This document shows positions 40,345-50,857 of a stretch of DNA of 64,000 bases, one piece after another. The position numbers and the translations under genes are program-made. The notes below the pieces were generated by a model, which ran no database searches, had not been told where the DNA came from, and saw only the letters and a list, made by a program, of their open reading frames with translations. The DNA is taken from contig CAXXMB010000002.1 of the NCBI GenBank assembly GCA_963668675.2, forward strand, positions 160,001 through 224,000, in the 5' to 3' direction. The stretch is from an uncultured Desulfatitalea sp. (GTDB lineage Bacteria; Desulfobacterota; Desulfobacteria; Desulfobacterales; Desulfosarcinaceae). Within the stretch, counting starts at the first letter, position 1. Every line of letters begins with the position of its first letter.

Positions 40345-41991
40345 ATGAGTCTTCCTGACCGAAACAATCCCTATTCGTTTGAAAATTTTCTCAACACACT
40401 TCACAGATTCGACTTTTACACAGATGATCCGTTTTTACAAAAAACCCTTACGCATTTCGCAAGCGAGGAATTTACCGAACTGGATCTAAAGTTGCGCACA
40501 TTTTCACCCAAGGTTTCCTTTCGGTGGAGCCGCTTGGCTGATACCGGTGGTAAACCCAATAAGCTGCCATACATAGAACATTACAATGCATTCAACCAAA
40601 GGATCGACAGAATTGTTCGTGCAACTGAAACGCTGCAATTGGAGAAGGAAATTTTCAGCGAAGGCTTATTTTCATCCAAGGTCACAGCCTGGGAGAGTCT
40701 GGCCAAACGATACTTGCTGTTCCAGTTAGGTGAGTTTGGCGTGATGTGCCCGATTACATGTACGGAAGGGCTGGTCGCGCTGATCCAACAATTTCCGGAA
40801 GACCACACCCCGGAAGTCAAAGCCATATTGAAACACTGCACGGAGGGTGTTAACGGTGAATTCGGTATCGGCGCCCAATTTATGTCAGAGATACAAGGTG
40901 GATCTGACATCCCTTCCAATCTTTTAGAGGCCGTTGCTGACAATGGCCACTATCGACTATACGGTTCTAAATTCTTCACATCGGCTGTACACGCAGACTA
41001 CGCCGTCGTCACAGCGAAAGTTTCAGGAAGTGAAGATACCGGCACCTTCATCGTTCCATCATGGATGCCTGGGTACAAGGAAAAGGAAATTCGCAATAAC
41101 TTCCGCATCAACCGTATTAAGTGGAAGATGGGGACCTGTGAAGTGCCAACAGCAGAGTTGGAATACGACGGTGCCGTTTGCTACGCCATTGGTCCAACGG
41201 ACCGCGGTGTTGCCAACGCGGTTGGCATTGTTTTGAGCCTGTCGCGCATTGGCATCGGGATCTCCAGTGCCGCTGAAATTACCAGGGCTGCCCGTGAAGC
41301 CCAGCTCTATGCTGAATTCCGGGACGTCTTTGGGATAAAAATCGGTCAGTGGGCCTTGGCCAACCAGCAAGTGCGCGATCTGGTCCACGAGGCGCAACGC
41401 TGCCTTGCAGGGGTATGCAAAATTTTCGCTTTGTTCCAGGAACTGGGGGGGCGTTTGCAACCGGGTTTGGCCTCGGATGAGGCGTTGGAGAGAAGACGCA
41501 GGCGCTTTCTGCTCAGGGAGCTCATCATTATGCAAAAGCTGGTCACTGCATCTGACGCTGTGGAGGCTCTTCGCAAGGGCATCAGTATTTTCGGTGGTCA
41601 CGGTGTAATCGAAGACTTCTGTTCCCTTCCTCGAATTTTCCGAGACGCTGCGGTGAATGAGCTCTGGGAAGGACCCCGCAACGTGCTTTTAATGCAGATA
41701 TTCCGAGACATGTCGAGAGCAGCCGAGTTCTATCCTCCCGATGCTTTTTTGAATGATCTGCTATCGGGTGCTCCCCAGAAAGATATCGATGACTTAGGCC
41801 GCCGGGCCATGCAGTTTGCTGTCAAACCACCATTCCAAGAATTGGACAGAGAGTCACGCCTTCAGGCATTGGCCTGGGAAGAGTTCATCGTGGACGTATT
41901 TCGCAGCTACCAGGAGACAGCGCTGCATGAAGTAGGCCCCGAACCCATAATAGGATCCCCAAAAATGCGTATGCCTGAGATTTGGGAGTAA
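40345..41991 (+). CDS. Acyl-CoA dehydrogenase family protein (AidB-like)
   Basis: CPITCT, MSEIQGGSD, GSKFFTS, KMG, FGGHGVIE, WEGPRNV. Confidence 0.9.
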   Translation: MSLPDRNNPYSFENFLNTLHRFDFYTDDPFLQKTLTHFASEEFTELDLKLRTFSPKVSFRWSRLADTGGKPNKLPYIEHYNAFNQRIDRIVRATETLQLEKEIFSEGLFSSKVTAWESLAKRYLLFQLGEFGVMCPITCTEGLVALIQQFPEDHTPEVKAILKHCTEGVNGEFGIGAQFMSEIQGGSDIPSNLLEAVADNGHYRLYGSKFFTSAVHADYAVVTAKVSGSEDTGTFIVPSWMPGYKEKEIRNNFRINRIKWKMGTCEVPTAELEYDGAVCYAIGPTDRGVANAVGIVLSLSRIGIGISSAAEITRAAREAQLYAEFRDVFGIKIGQWALANQQVRDLVHEAQRCLAGVCKIFALFQELGGRLQPGLASDEALERRRRRFLLRELIIMQKLVTASDAVEALRKGISIFGGHGVIEDFCSLPRIFRDAAVNELWEGPRNVLLMQIFRDMSRAAEFYPPDAFLNDLLSGAPQKDIDDLGRRAMQFAVKPPFQELDRESRLQALAWEEFIVDVFRSYQETALHEVGPEPIIGSPKMRMPEIWE

Positions 41992-42439
41992 AGGATACCT
42001 CTGTCGGAGAGTGATCTGAGTCAAATTGAAATCTGGCGGGCTTCGGTTAAAAAAAACTTGACGGTACCCAGTGATAAAGAATATTGGTGGTGCACATTGA
42101 AACCATGTGTGAAAGAGATTTTTATGTTCAGAAAAACAATGGATATTGCGTCAATCGTTGCCGACAAGGGGACTAACCCGCCGGTGGTTGATTGAGCATA
42201 CCTCTGCAATACGAAACACGGCCTATTGTGTTTTAAAACAGATCTTTTTTAGTCTGTTCCACAGCAGATTCTTATTCAAGATTCCGCCGCTGTAGTTGAC
42301 CCCTCAGTCAGTAACGATTCAAGCCAACAAGATATCAATAAGCGATAAAAATTGTCGGTGGACTGCATATTCCGTCTTTGGTGTCATGCACCGGTAATTA
42401 ACGGCTATGATTTACGGGGACAATAAGAGGAGATCAACA

Positions 42440-43558
42440 ATGGTTACTAAGAAATGCACAGGCATAGTATATGGAAACGATACCACCCAACGTCTTAAAC
42501 AGATGGGATGGACTTCCCATTTTCAAACCCAGTTGGAAGGTTTTTGCAGTGATGATTTTATTCCGGCAAGAGTGGTCGGAGTAAGAAAAAATGCCTTTCG
42601 TATCCAAAATGGAGAGAGAGAATGGCTCGCCACCCTGGCAGGAAGGCTCACGCACCGACCCCATGTTTTGTATCCAGTGACAGGGGATTGGGTCCTCATG
42701 TCCGACACAGTCATTTTCAAGGTGCTGAACCGAAAAAATGCACTCTCCCGTGGCGCTTCAGGCACACACGGGAAACAGGATGACCAGGCAAAAAGAGAGC
42801 AGGTAATTGCGGCAAACCTCGATACAGTATTTGTCGTTTGCGGTCTGGATCGGGATTTTAACCTGCGTCGCATCGAACGTTACCTGACACTGGTCTACAA
42901 CTGCGGCCTGAATCCCGTCATCGTCCTGACAAAAGCAGATCTACACCAGGATCCATTGGCTTTCGTTAGTGAAGTTGAAGCCGTTGCTTTCGGGGTTCCG
43001 ATACACTTGGTCTCTGCACTGGATTTTACGGGGTTGCACCCTCTCGAACAATATCTATCTCCAGGACAAACCACCACTATGGTTGGGTCTTCAGGTGCCG
43101 GCAAATCCACTCTGGTAAATCGGCTCTATGGGAAAACGATACAAGCCACAGCATCTGTGAGTGAACGTATCAGGAAAGGGAAGCACACAACTACTTCGAG
43201 GGATTTGATCATGATGCCCCAGGGAGGAATGGTGATCGACAATCCCGGTATTCGTGAAATCGCATTCTGGAACGATGACGACGGCATCGATGCCGCCTTT
43301 CCAGAGATTGAAAACCTTGCCGGGCATTGCCGATTTTCCAATTGCAGTCATATGCACGAACCCGGCTGCAGGGTCCTTCAGGCGGTAACTGACGGTGAGA
43401 TTTTGCAAGACAGGCTGGAAAGCTACCAAAAAATGAAACGCGAGCTGATATATCTATCCAACCGACAGCACAAGAGTGCCGACCGAGTGGAAAAGGAACA
43501 ATGGAAAAAGGTGGCTTTAAAAATAAAAGAGATGAAAAAAGGGAAGAAAATTAGGTAG
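42440..43558 (+). CDS. rsgA: Ribosome small subunit-dependent GTPase A
   Basis: TKAD, GSSGAGKST, GKHTT, DNPG, CRFSNCSH..EPGC zinc site. Confidence 0.93.
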   Translation: MVTKKCTGIVYGNDTTQRLKQMGWTSHFQTQLEGFCSDDFIPARVVGVRKNAFRIQNGEREWLATLAGRLTHRPHVLYPVTGDWVLMSDTVIFKVLNRKNALSRGASGTHGKQDDQAKREQVIAANLDTVFVVCGLDRDFNLRRIERYLTLVYNCGLNPVIVLTKADLHQDPLAFVSEVEAVAFGVPIHLVSALDFTGLHPLEQYLSPGQTTTMVGSSGAGKSTLVNRLYGKTIQATASVSERIRKGKHTTTSRDLIMMPQGGMVIDNPGIREIAFWNDDDGIDAAFPEIENLAGHCRFSNCSHMHEPGCRVLQAVTDGEILQDRLESYQKMKRELIYLSNRQHKSADRVEKEQWKKVALKIKEMKKGKKIR

Positions 43559-44098
43559 TACTCCGAAACGGAAGGCAGAGAACAGGATCGAAAAAGTGCA
43601 CATACAAGAGGCATCGGAAGCAGATTTGAACGACGTGCTGTTATAGGCGCTGCATGGATCAGCCATGAACAAGCGACCAGCTGCTCTTTATATCGCACAC
43701 TTCGATCATTCGTCCCCTATGCACACAGCGCAAATCAAAGGCTTTGATAGCGATCCAACACCAATTGGGTGATCATACAGAAAGCGTGGGCATGCAACTA
43801 TGTCCTCAGGCCTTTTTATTATGTGGATTCAGGAAATACGTTAAGTTCGAAGCACAGTCTGATCTGTGATAAATTGAGATAATCACACGAATCGCCTGTG
43901 TTACTATTATAAACGGTAATCAGAAATTTCGGTGGAATGAGAATTTTTGTGGTTACTCCACTATAACCGTAATCACCCCAATGCTGAGGATATGTTTTGC
44001 TATACCCAACTATGGGGCCACGAAAAACGTGTGTCATTGAGCTAATCCCAGGAATCGTTCAACTTGAGATTAGTTCGTTTTAAGAAAGGAAGGCGACA

Positions 44099-44836
44099 TC
44101 AGCCGCCAAAGCCCCCGGCGCCCTTAAACAGCATCATCGCGCCCAAGGCGAAAAGCAGGATGTATATGGTTCGCTTGTAAAGGCCCTGGCCGATGTGGTC
44201 GAATAGCCGTACACCGGTGAAAACACCGGCCAAAAGGGGCAGAAGGCAGTGAATGAAGTGGTGTGCGACCTCCATAGTAACCAGGCCGGTAAAGAACTGC
44301 AGTGCAAGGATCAGCGTGCCGCCGATGCAAAAAAACGTTACCAGGGTGGCCTTGATCTGGTGTTTAGACCATGGTTGCAGGGCCGTATAAACAATGACAG
44401 GCGGACCTGAAGCTCCAATGCTAGCGCCCAGAACCCCGGAACTGAAGCCGGCGGCCAATGTCCAATAGCGCTTCAATTCAGCTTTGGACGACCTGTGCTG
44501 CCAAGTCGCGGCAGCCGTGGCGATGACCACGCCTCCCACCAACAGCTCCAACCACTGCGGTTCGACCGTTTTGAGTATATAAACGCCCACCGGCACCCCC
44601 GGCAGTGAGGCAATCAGCAGTGGCAGCCATTTGCGGGTCTGAACGTGACGGGCGAGTTGGCACATGAGGATGACGTTCATCACCAGGCCGAGCATCATGA
44701 TCAGTGGGATGGCGGTCTTAATGTCTACGATCAGCACCATGAGGGGAAGTGCTACCAGCATCACACCGAACCCGGTCATTCCTTGAATCAGGCCGCCCAA
44801 AAAAGCTATCAGGCACAGATAGACCGTATCAGCCAT
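44099..44836 (-). CDS. TSUP (TauE/SafE) family exporter
   Basis: QGMTGFG, GASGPP motifs, about 8 TMs; start uncertain (44836 or 44866). Confidence 0.88.
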   Translation of the reverse strand: MADTVYLCLIAFLGGLIQGMTGFGVMLVALPLMVLIVDIKTAIPLIMMLGLVMNVILMCQLARHVQTRKWLPLLIASLPGVPVGVYILKTVEPQWLELLVGGVVIATAAATWQHRSSKAELKRYWTLAAGFSSGVLGASIGASGPPVIVYTALQPWSKHQIKATLVTFFCIGGTLILALQFFTGLVTMEVAHHFIHCLLPLLAGVFTGVRLFDHIGQGLYKRTIYILLFALGAMMLFKGAGGFGG

Positions 44837-45612
44837 GCGGCAATAACCGTAAGCCCTGTATTTCAAGCTTTCTGGCTACGTTTTTTGGGCTTTTGAAACG
44901 GCAGCAAACTGTGTTGTAGCGTCCACACCCTATCCACATATGACGTTATTTCTCCTATTTTTATATTTTACACCTTCATAAATTTCAGAAATAGTAATCC
45001 ACCAGCATTTCCGGGTCAAGCAATCGGCTCCAGGTACTCAGGAATTTTGACACGCTGAGACTTCTTGCGGTTACCCCACATATTTGTAACTTAGCCTTGC
45101 CTTTGGTCAGGTCGTTTTATATGAACGATCAAACCGCAAGTCTGTAGATCCATTTTCATTCAAAACACCGCCCCATTTTTAATTTAAAACAGCGCTTCCG
45201 AGCAGGACAATTTCTAACTTCAAAATCAGTTCCGTTTAATGTTTACAAACTGTGTTGCCATTCGATATGGAGCCGCTCTTTTGGATATTCAGAATATTAA
45301 AATCGGAGGTTATAATGTTGGTGGATCGCACAGCTTACTGCGTTTTTACAAGGCGAAATCCGTTCATCGACAATCTCCTTTTCAAAATTTAAATGATGCG
45401 ATTGACTATATTTGTAAAGTCGGTGCGCCCTTTCACGGTCAATCGTAAAAGACTTGTATCGCTGCGACTTGTTGCCTAAAATTGAAAATGACGAACCAAG
45501 CCGGTTATTCTGCCTCAGCACAAACGCATGGTTCGCGAAACGGATGGTATCGTTCGTCAAACGCGTGATAGGGGTACAGCCATACCGCCAATCAATAGGA
45601 GGAGGCCGTAAG

Positions 45613-46953
45613 TTGAAAAAACTCCGCCAGATCGATCACGAAAATTTATGGAACCGACTGGCACGGGATTTGATTTACGACGCAAAACAGGTTCTGCTGT
45701 ACTGCGGCGTCCGGGTCCCGATGCACAAACGAAACGGGGGGGCCGTCAATTACGGCGACATCGTTAGTCGCATCACCAAAGGCACCGAATACGGCGCCAT
45801 ATACGACCCCACCACACGCCGGATCCACTTTGAACCAGGGTATATCCAGAATATCGTCGACATGGCCAACCGCTTCGACTTTCCGATATATGACAAATCC
45901 TTTGGGCCCGGCGGTACTGCGGGCTTTATTCAAGACGGCGACGCGGAGGAATTCTCACTAAAGGATCCCAGTTTGAACCATATCCTCAAGCAAGCCATGA
46001 TGGCCAATAGCCAGGAAATGCCATTTGCCTACGTCTGTGCGCGGCAACTGGGACGATATGAAATTGAGCAGTTCGGGATCATGACCAACATCTTCAAAGG
46101 GCCGACCTTCTTCAGCGTCGCCACCGAACCCGGTGTTAAGGAGGCACAGAAGTACTTTCGCAAAGGCCATTATGTTATTACCATCCACACCATCTTCCAT
46201 TCACCGCTGACCCTGACCTTTAGGGAGCCCTTGGATACATTTATTCAGTGTGTCGAGCGACAGATTCCGGTGATGCTCGTCACCCAGCCGTTTTCCGGGC
46301 AGAACGGTCCCATGACGCCCTATGGCATTGCATTGCTGGCCTTTGCCGAATTCCTTGCGGGAATGGCTATCGCGTACGCCATCCATCCGGATACGAAAGT
46401 GATCAACGGTGCCTACCCGACGATGTGCACCCCGGGAAAGATCCCGAAGTTGAAAATCGGTTCAGTGGTACATAACTTCACCAATTACCTGGTCGGCTAC
46501 ACAGCACGATTGCTGGATATTGCCAGCATCCAGTCCGGTTGTACCATCGAGGGGCAGGTCCATCGAAGCGAGGTCCTGGAAACAGACTACCAGACTGTGA
46601 GGGGCCTGATTTTATGGGATGACATTTTCGAGGGATGGCACATGGTTCGGCATTGTTACGGCCTACTGGGAGACCTGGCTTTCTTCTCTTTTCGCAAAGC
46701 CGATGACGACATCGCCGCTATGCACCACATCCAGAGCCTGGACGACAACGGTATCACCGCGCTGTTGGCCAACAATGTGCGTTTGAACCGGGACATCCAG
46801 AAAGCCAATATGATCTACCAGAGACCGACGTTGATTTTTGACCGTGAAAAGGGAGCACTGCTGGATGTCATCATCGACACCATTGAGAACTACCGAGGAG
46901 ATTTCGGAAGCCACGAGCACACATTGAAAAACATCCCGGTGGAATGGTTCTGA
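45613..46953 (+). CDS. Trimethylamine methyltransferase (MttB) superfamily protein, no pyrrolysine
   Basis: HSPL, PFSGQNGPMTPYG..AEFLAG..HP..VING resembles the MttB core; TTG start after AGGAGG; no in-frame TAG. Confidence 0.7.
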   Translation: MKKLRQIDHENLWNRLARDLIYDAKQVLLYCGVRVPMHKRNGGAVNYGDIVSRITKGTEYGAIYDPTTRRIHFEPGYIQNIVDMANRFDFPIYDKSFGPGGTAGFIQDGDAEEFSLKDPSLNHILKQAMMANSQEMPFAYVCARQLGRYEIEQFGIMTNIFKGPTFFSVATEPGVKEAQKYFRKGHYVITIHTIFHSPLTLTFREPLDTFIQCVERQIPVMLVTQPFSGQNGPMTPYGIALLAFAEFLAGMAIAYAIHPDTKVINGAYPTMCTPGKIPKLKIGSVVHNFTNYLVGYTARLLDIASIQSGCTIEGQVHRSEVLETDYQTVRGLILWDDIFEGWHMVRHCYGLLGDLAFFSFRKADDDIAAMHHIQSLDDNGITALLANNVRLNRDIQKANMIYQRPTLIFDREKGALLDVIIDTIENYRGDFGSHEHTLKNIPVEWF

Positions 46954-47221
46954 TCCCTCAGAACCATTGGCTCTTGCATCCATCTGACCCACCGGATAAC
47001 CCACCACCATGCCACCCAGCTGTTGGTCTAAAGGCAAACCCCGTCTACTGTATCTCTGAGAATTTTGAAACCGTTTTCCCTGTAAATTTGATTGTGGTCG
47101 GATAATCTATGTTTTGGGATGCAGGATCTTGGACTATATTGGACTGATAATCACAAGATTTTGGGTATAGCTTTTTATTCTTTATCCTATCTTCAGAGCC
47201 ACCGAAAATGGCCTTGCCCTA

Positions 47222-47437
47222 TCAATCTGTTTCTTGTTTGAATGATAACTTTACCCGGGCACGGTAGTCTCTAACCGTGCCATCTTCATCCACCGTTATA
47301 TCTAATTTAGAAATTTCCGCGACTCTAAGATCCTTCAAAGACTCTGATGCGGTATATACAGCATTGTCCGCTGAAATTTCCCAATTTGCCTGACTTGTTC
47401 CCACCAATTCGATGACTTTGTATACGCTTTCGCCCAT
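47222..47437 (-). CDS. Dodecin family protein
   Basis: SVYKVIELVGTS..WE..A..YRARVKLSFK. Confidence 0.92.
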   Translation of the reverse strand: MGESVYKVIELVGTSQANWEISADNAVYTASESLKDLRVAEISKLDITVDEDGTVRDYRARVKLSFKQETD

Positions 47438-47625
47438 TGATCTCTCCTTTTTGTTTCTCAGTTGATAGTCGAATAAGCGCTACTCACAACATAATGAAAG
47501 CTGCAACATAGGTTAAGAATATTCCAAGAAGATAAGGACTGTCAATTGCTGTTATTACATACCAGTATCTGCTGGTCAGCTCAAGTTGAGGTTATAAACG
47601 GTTACATGAAATTTCAGGGCATACT

Positions 47626-47770
47626 AAATTTGACGAACTCGTGAAAAGTCACTCATGCGTCATGCCGGACTTGATCCGGCATCCAGAAGCCATTGAAAAG
47701 ACTGGATTCCGGCCTTCGCCGCAATGACGGGAAAAGCACTTTTGGGACTTTTTACGAGTTAATCAAATTT
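47626..47770. repeat. MITE/REP-like palindromic element
   Basis: TIR AAATTTGACGAACTCGTGAAAAGTC / GACTTTTTACGAGTTAATCAAATTT (22/25) around core CGTCATGCCGGACTTGATCCGGCATCCAG..CTGGATTCCGGC..AATGACG. Confidence 0.88.
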
Positions 47771-48158
47771 GTGAGATATCTCCAACAGATATTAATTTTA
47801 GGCAAGGTGTGATCAGGTCGATAATTCCAACTGCCCCCTTGTAGCGAATCCATTATTGCAGGTTCATTTACAGCTTGAAAACAAAAGCTGAAAAGTAAGA
47901 AATAAATTTCACAATCCTTGAGAAATTTCCCATTCAATACCCCCCGGTAAATTTTATCATTTTTTCATCTTGCCGATATCGCAAAGTTTTTTGAGTTGGT
48001 ACAGTTCTTGTTTAATTTATAGATGCTGCCAATACGATGGGGATGTGTGGCAGCTCTACTGAGCATGATTTAAGACACCGGCGCTGACCCGCGATGGTTG
48101 CAAAATGGTTTGGCAATCGATCAGCTCCCTCGGAATTGATCCATCGGAAAGGACTCAA

Positions 48159-48617
48159 ATGGAAAAGCATATCCATGTCGAAAAACGTTCTGGCCAGGAT
48201 CGTCGCAAGCAGCCACTCTCTTCACTTAAAAGCATGCGATTTAGAGGGTCGCGATTATCGACAAGGCGTGCCAAGGACCGAAAGAAAATCATCGTTTTCG
48301 ATTACTACCGTCCATCTCTGTTTATCAAAATTATCATCGTTCTGAGTTTAAGTCTGATCGATGCCCTTCTGACTTTGATACTTCTGTCACGGGGGGCCAT
48401 TGAACTCAATCCGGTCATGGATTACTACCTCGGCCATGGGCCGGAGGAATTTGTCATCGTCAAGTATGGACTGACCACATTTTCGATTTTACTTATTGTC
48501 CTGTTCAACGATGCCCTCAAGACCCGATACGGGTTGGGAAGCGGAGGCCTCCTGTATTTATTCGCCGCAATCTTTGGAAGCGTCGTCATTTGGCAACTCT
48601 CTCTGTTGTCCATTTAA
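48159..48617 (+). CDS. DUF5658-like membrane protein
   Basis: EKRSGQDRR N-terminus; LSLIDALLT..GAIELNPVM..VKY. Confidence 0.8.
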   Translation: MEKHIHVEKRSGQDRRKQPLSSLKSMRFRGSRLSTRRAKDRKKIIVFDYYRPSLFIKIIIVLSLSLIDALLTLILLSRGAIELNPVMDYYLGHGPEEFVIVKYGLTTFSILLIVLFNDALKTRYGLGSGGLLYLFAAIFGSVVIWQLSLLSI

Positions 48618-48700
48618 ACCAAAATTGCCGCATGCTTCGCCCGAGACAGGTCGTCTCTTGACCTGAGTTCCTCGAAAAGTAAAATTAAGGAAATGATCTT

Positions 48701-49486
48701 ATGAAACCGTTTTTTCGAACCACCCTATCTGTTTTATCCATTTTTCTGGTATTTGGATGCGCCGGCACAGGGAAGGCTCCGGAACGGCTTGATGATAACG
48801 TGAACGACGAAATATATATCTTTGTCAGGGATGAACTGAAAAAAGACAATCAACACATCGATTACGATACGCTTTTGAACATTCATAGCAAGATGGTTCA
48901 AGCGCCTTACCCCTTACCCCATATAGATGAACTGCTAAATGAGTTGATCCATCAAAGAAACGCCGACTTGCGTGTGGATCAGATGGTGCTCATTTGCGCA
49001 GCCGATATCATTGGCAAAAGCAAGTTTCCGATTGCGGGAGCCCAGGAACTCATTGAAAACATCTTGAATGACGCCGACAGAATCAATGACTGGGTTCTTA
49101 TTTTTGTGGCCGATGCAATCGGTTCTTATCTGGTTGATCTCCCAAAAGGCGATCAATTGATCGATAGCATTGAAGCACATCAAGCGAGGATTCAGGCCCA
49201 ATCGGGAGACGGCAGAGAGCAATTTGGCACCCACTTTATGCCGCCACCGAAAAGCGAACGAATACTGTCTTATATTAACGGTATCCAAGACCAGAAAATC
49301 AGGGAGAGCGAACGAAGAGCTTACTACATTCTAATTTACAATAAAATTTCGGAAGACGCCATTGTCTCTGCGTTTAATTACCTGCATTCGGGGGATCTGC
49401 CAAGTACGAATGAAGAATCGAGGCGTCCATTACGATATCTGGTGATCAATTGGCAGTTAATACAAGACAAGCTAAAAGGACACTGA
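48701..49486 (+). CDS. Hypothetical lipoprotein
   Basis: Lipobox VFGC, AAGGA RBS, 261 aa. Confidence 0.8.
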   Translation: MKPFFRTTLSVLSIFLVFGCAGTGKAPERLDDNVNDEIYIFVRDELKKDNQHIDYDTLLNIHSKMVQAPYPLPHIDELLNELIHQRNADLRVDQMVLICAADIIGKSKFPIAGAQELIENILNDADRINDWVLIFVADAIGSYLVDLPKGDQLIDSIEAHQARIQAQSGDGREQFGTHFMPPPKSERILSYINGIQDQKIRESERRAYYILIYNKISEDAIVSAFNYLHSGDLPSTNEESRRPLRYLVINWQLIQDKLKGH

Positions 49487-49723
49487 AGGCATACCTGATC
49501 TTCAAGCATGCAAAAATTCGCACGTGTTCAAGAGCAGGCCGGCCCCTTCTTGACAAAAACTTTTGAACCTTGGGACAGAGCTGGCGAGTTCCGATGGCCA
49601 GGGTCCATGTTGTCACCTTGTGCATTTTAGGTTAGAGTGTTTACCAAGCGGGCCTAAGCAGGCCCATTCTCTTTCAGAAAGCACCTGAAACAGGCCCCTT
49701 GATTAATTGAAAAGGAGGAAGAT

Positions 49724-50515
49724 ATGCCCACAGTGAATGTCAATGGATGCGATATCTACCATGAGATCCACGGACAAGGGGCGCCTCTTGTTTTGATTAT
49801 GGGCTTACGCCGCAATTTAGAATGGTGGTACCATCAAGTTCCAATTTTATCCCAACACTTCAAGGTTGTCGTATTTGACAACCGGGGGGCCGGACGCTCC
49901 GGAAAGCCGGAAACGGACTACTCGATTGGTTTGTTTGCCGACGATACGGCAGCGCTAATGGATGCATTGAACATCGATCATGCCCATATTTTAGGTGTAT
50001 CCATGGGAGGATATATCGCCCAGGAGCTTGCGATCAATCATCCGCAAAAGGTCACTGATCTGGTGTTGGGGTGTACCAGCTGCGGTGGTGAAAAAGCGGT
50101 TTTGATGAGCACCGAAAGGATGGCCAAATTCACCGCCAATCAAAATTTGACCGTGGAAGAAATCCATCACAAAGACATGGATATTTACTTTTCCGATGAA
50201 TACGTCGCCAACAACCCGGAGGCCATTGCGGAATTCCTCGAAATTTCCATGCGGCACTACCAGCCGGCCGATGCCTTTGAAAGACAGTTTGCGGCTTGTC
50301 TGAAACACGATACCTCAGCGCGGCTCAGCCGAATTACACAGCCCACACTCATCATGACAGGTGATGACGATCCCCTTGTTCCGCCAGAGAATTCATTCAT
50401 TCTCAAGGAACTTCTTCCCCATGCACAGCTCTCTTTATTTCCCAAAGGTCACCACTGCTTTTTTATGGAATTCGCCGATCGCTTCAATAAGGAAGTCATC
50501 TCTTTTTTTAAATAG
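49724..50515 (+). CDS. Alpha/beta hydrolase
   Basis: FDNRGAGRS, GVSMGG nucleophile elbow, D..H triad candidates. Confidence 0.93.
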   Translation: MPTVNVNGCDIYHEIHGQGAPLVLIMGLRRNLEWWYHQVPILSQHFKVVVFDNRGAGRSGKPETDYSIGLFADDTAALMDALNIDHAHILGVSMGGYIAQELAINHPQKVTDLVLGCTSCGGEKAVLMSTERMAKFTANQNLTVEEIHHKDMDIYFSDEYVANNPEAIAEFLEISMRHYQPADAFERQFAACLKHDTSARLSRITQPTLIMTGDDDPLVPPENSFILKELLPHAQLSLFPKGHHCFFMEFADRFNKEVISFFK

Positions 50516-50548
50516 GCCAGAATGCTCCAGCAGAACACCAGCACGCAA

Positions 50549-50761
50549 TTACCCTCTCCATAACGTCCATGCCAAATCGTTTTTATTTGTACTATGAGAG
50601 AACTTTGATTTACATTTCATGCACAGGTAATCCTGCTCTTTGTAACCTCCAGGGAATTTCCCTTTAAAAATGCGTACGCTATCGACCTTTATCAAGTCTT
50701 TATGTGGTTTTCCATTACGGATCTTTTTTGCTTGCTTCTCACACAGTTCACAGATTTCCAA
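50549..50761 (-). CDS. Small zinc-ribbon-like hypothetical protein
   Basis: 70 aa with CELC and CMKC; AGGTG RBS. Confidence 0.7.
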   Translation of the reverse strand: MEICELCEKQAKKIRNGKPHKDLIKVDSVRIFKGKFPGGYKEQDYLCMKCKSKFSHSTNKNDLAWTLWRG

Positions 50762-50786
50762 TTTTCACCTTTCTATCTTCTTTTAA

Positions 50787-50857
50787 AGCTAACCAAGTGG
50801 TCAGCACTCCGGCTCAGTAGAACGCTTGACCGATTCTTGGCTGACTTCACGTTTAGA
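50787..50857 (-). other. attC-like site
   Basis: Minus strand TCTAAAC-GTGA-AGTCAGC...GCTGACC-ACTTG-GTTAGCT beginning at the stop codon of the upstream gene. Confidence 0.5.

Noticed and set aside
43596..43646. VHIQEASEADLNDVLL* as a GNAT acetyltransferase remnant
   Set aside because: Only 16 codons of resemblance; cannot be supported without a search
44880..45612. Riboswitch upstream of the MttB-like gene
   Set aside because: Some complementarity (GACGAAC/GTTCGTC) but no cobalamin, SAM or glycine riboswitch consensus recognisable
45613..46953. Pyrrolysine recoding in the MttB-like gene
   Set aside because: No in-frame TAG; the ORF is full length and ends in TGA
11658..47658. Exactly 36,000-nt spacing between the two MITE-like cores
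   Set aside because: No mechanism apparent; treated as coincidence
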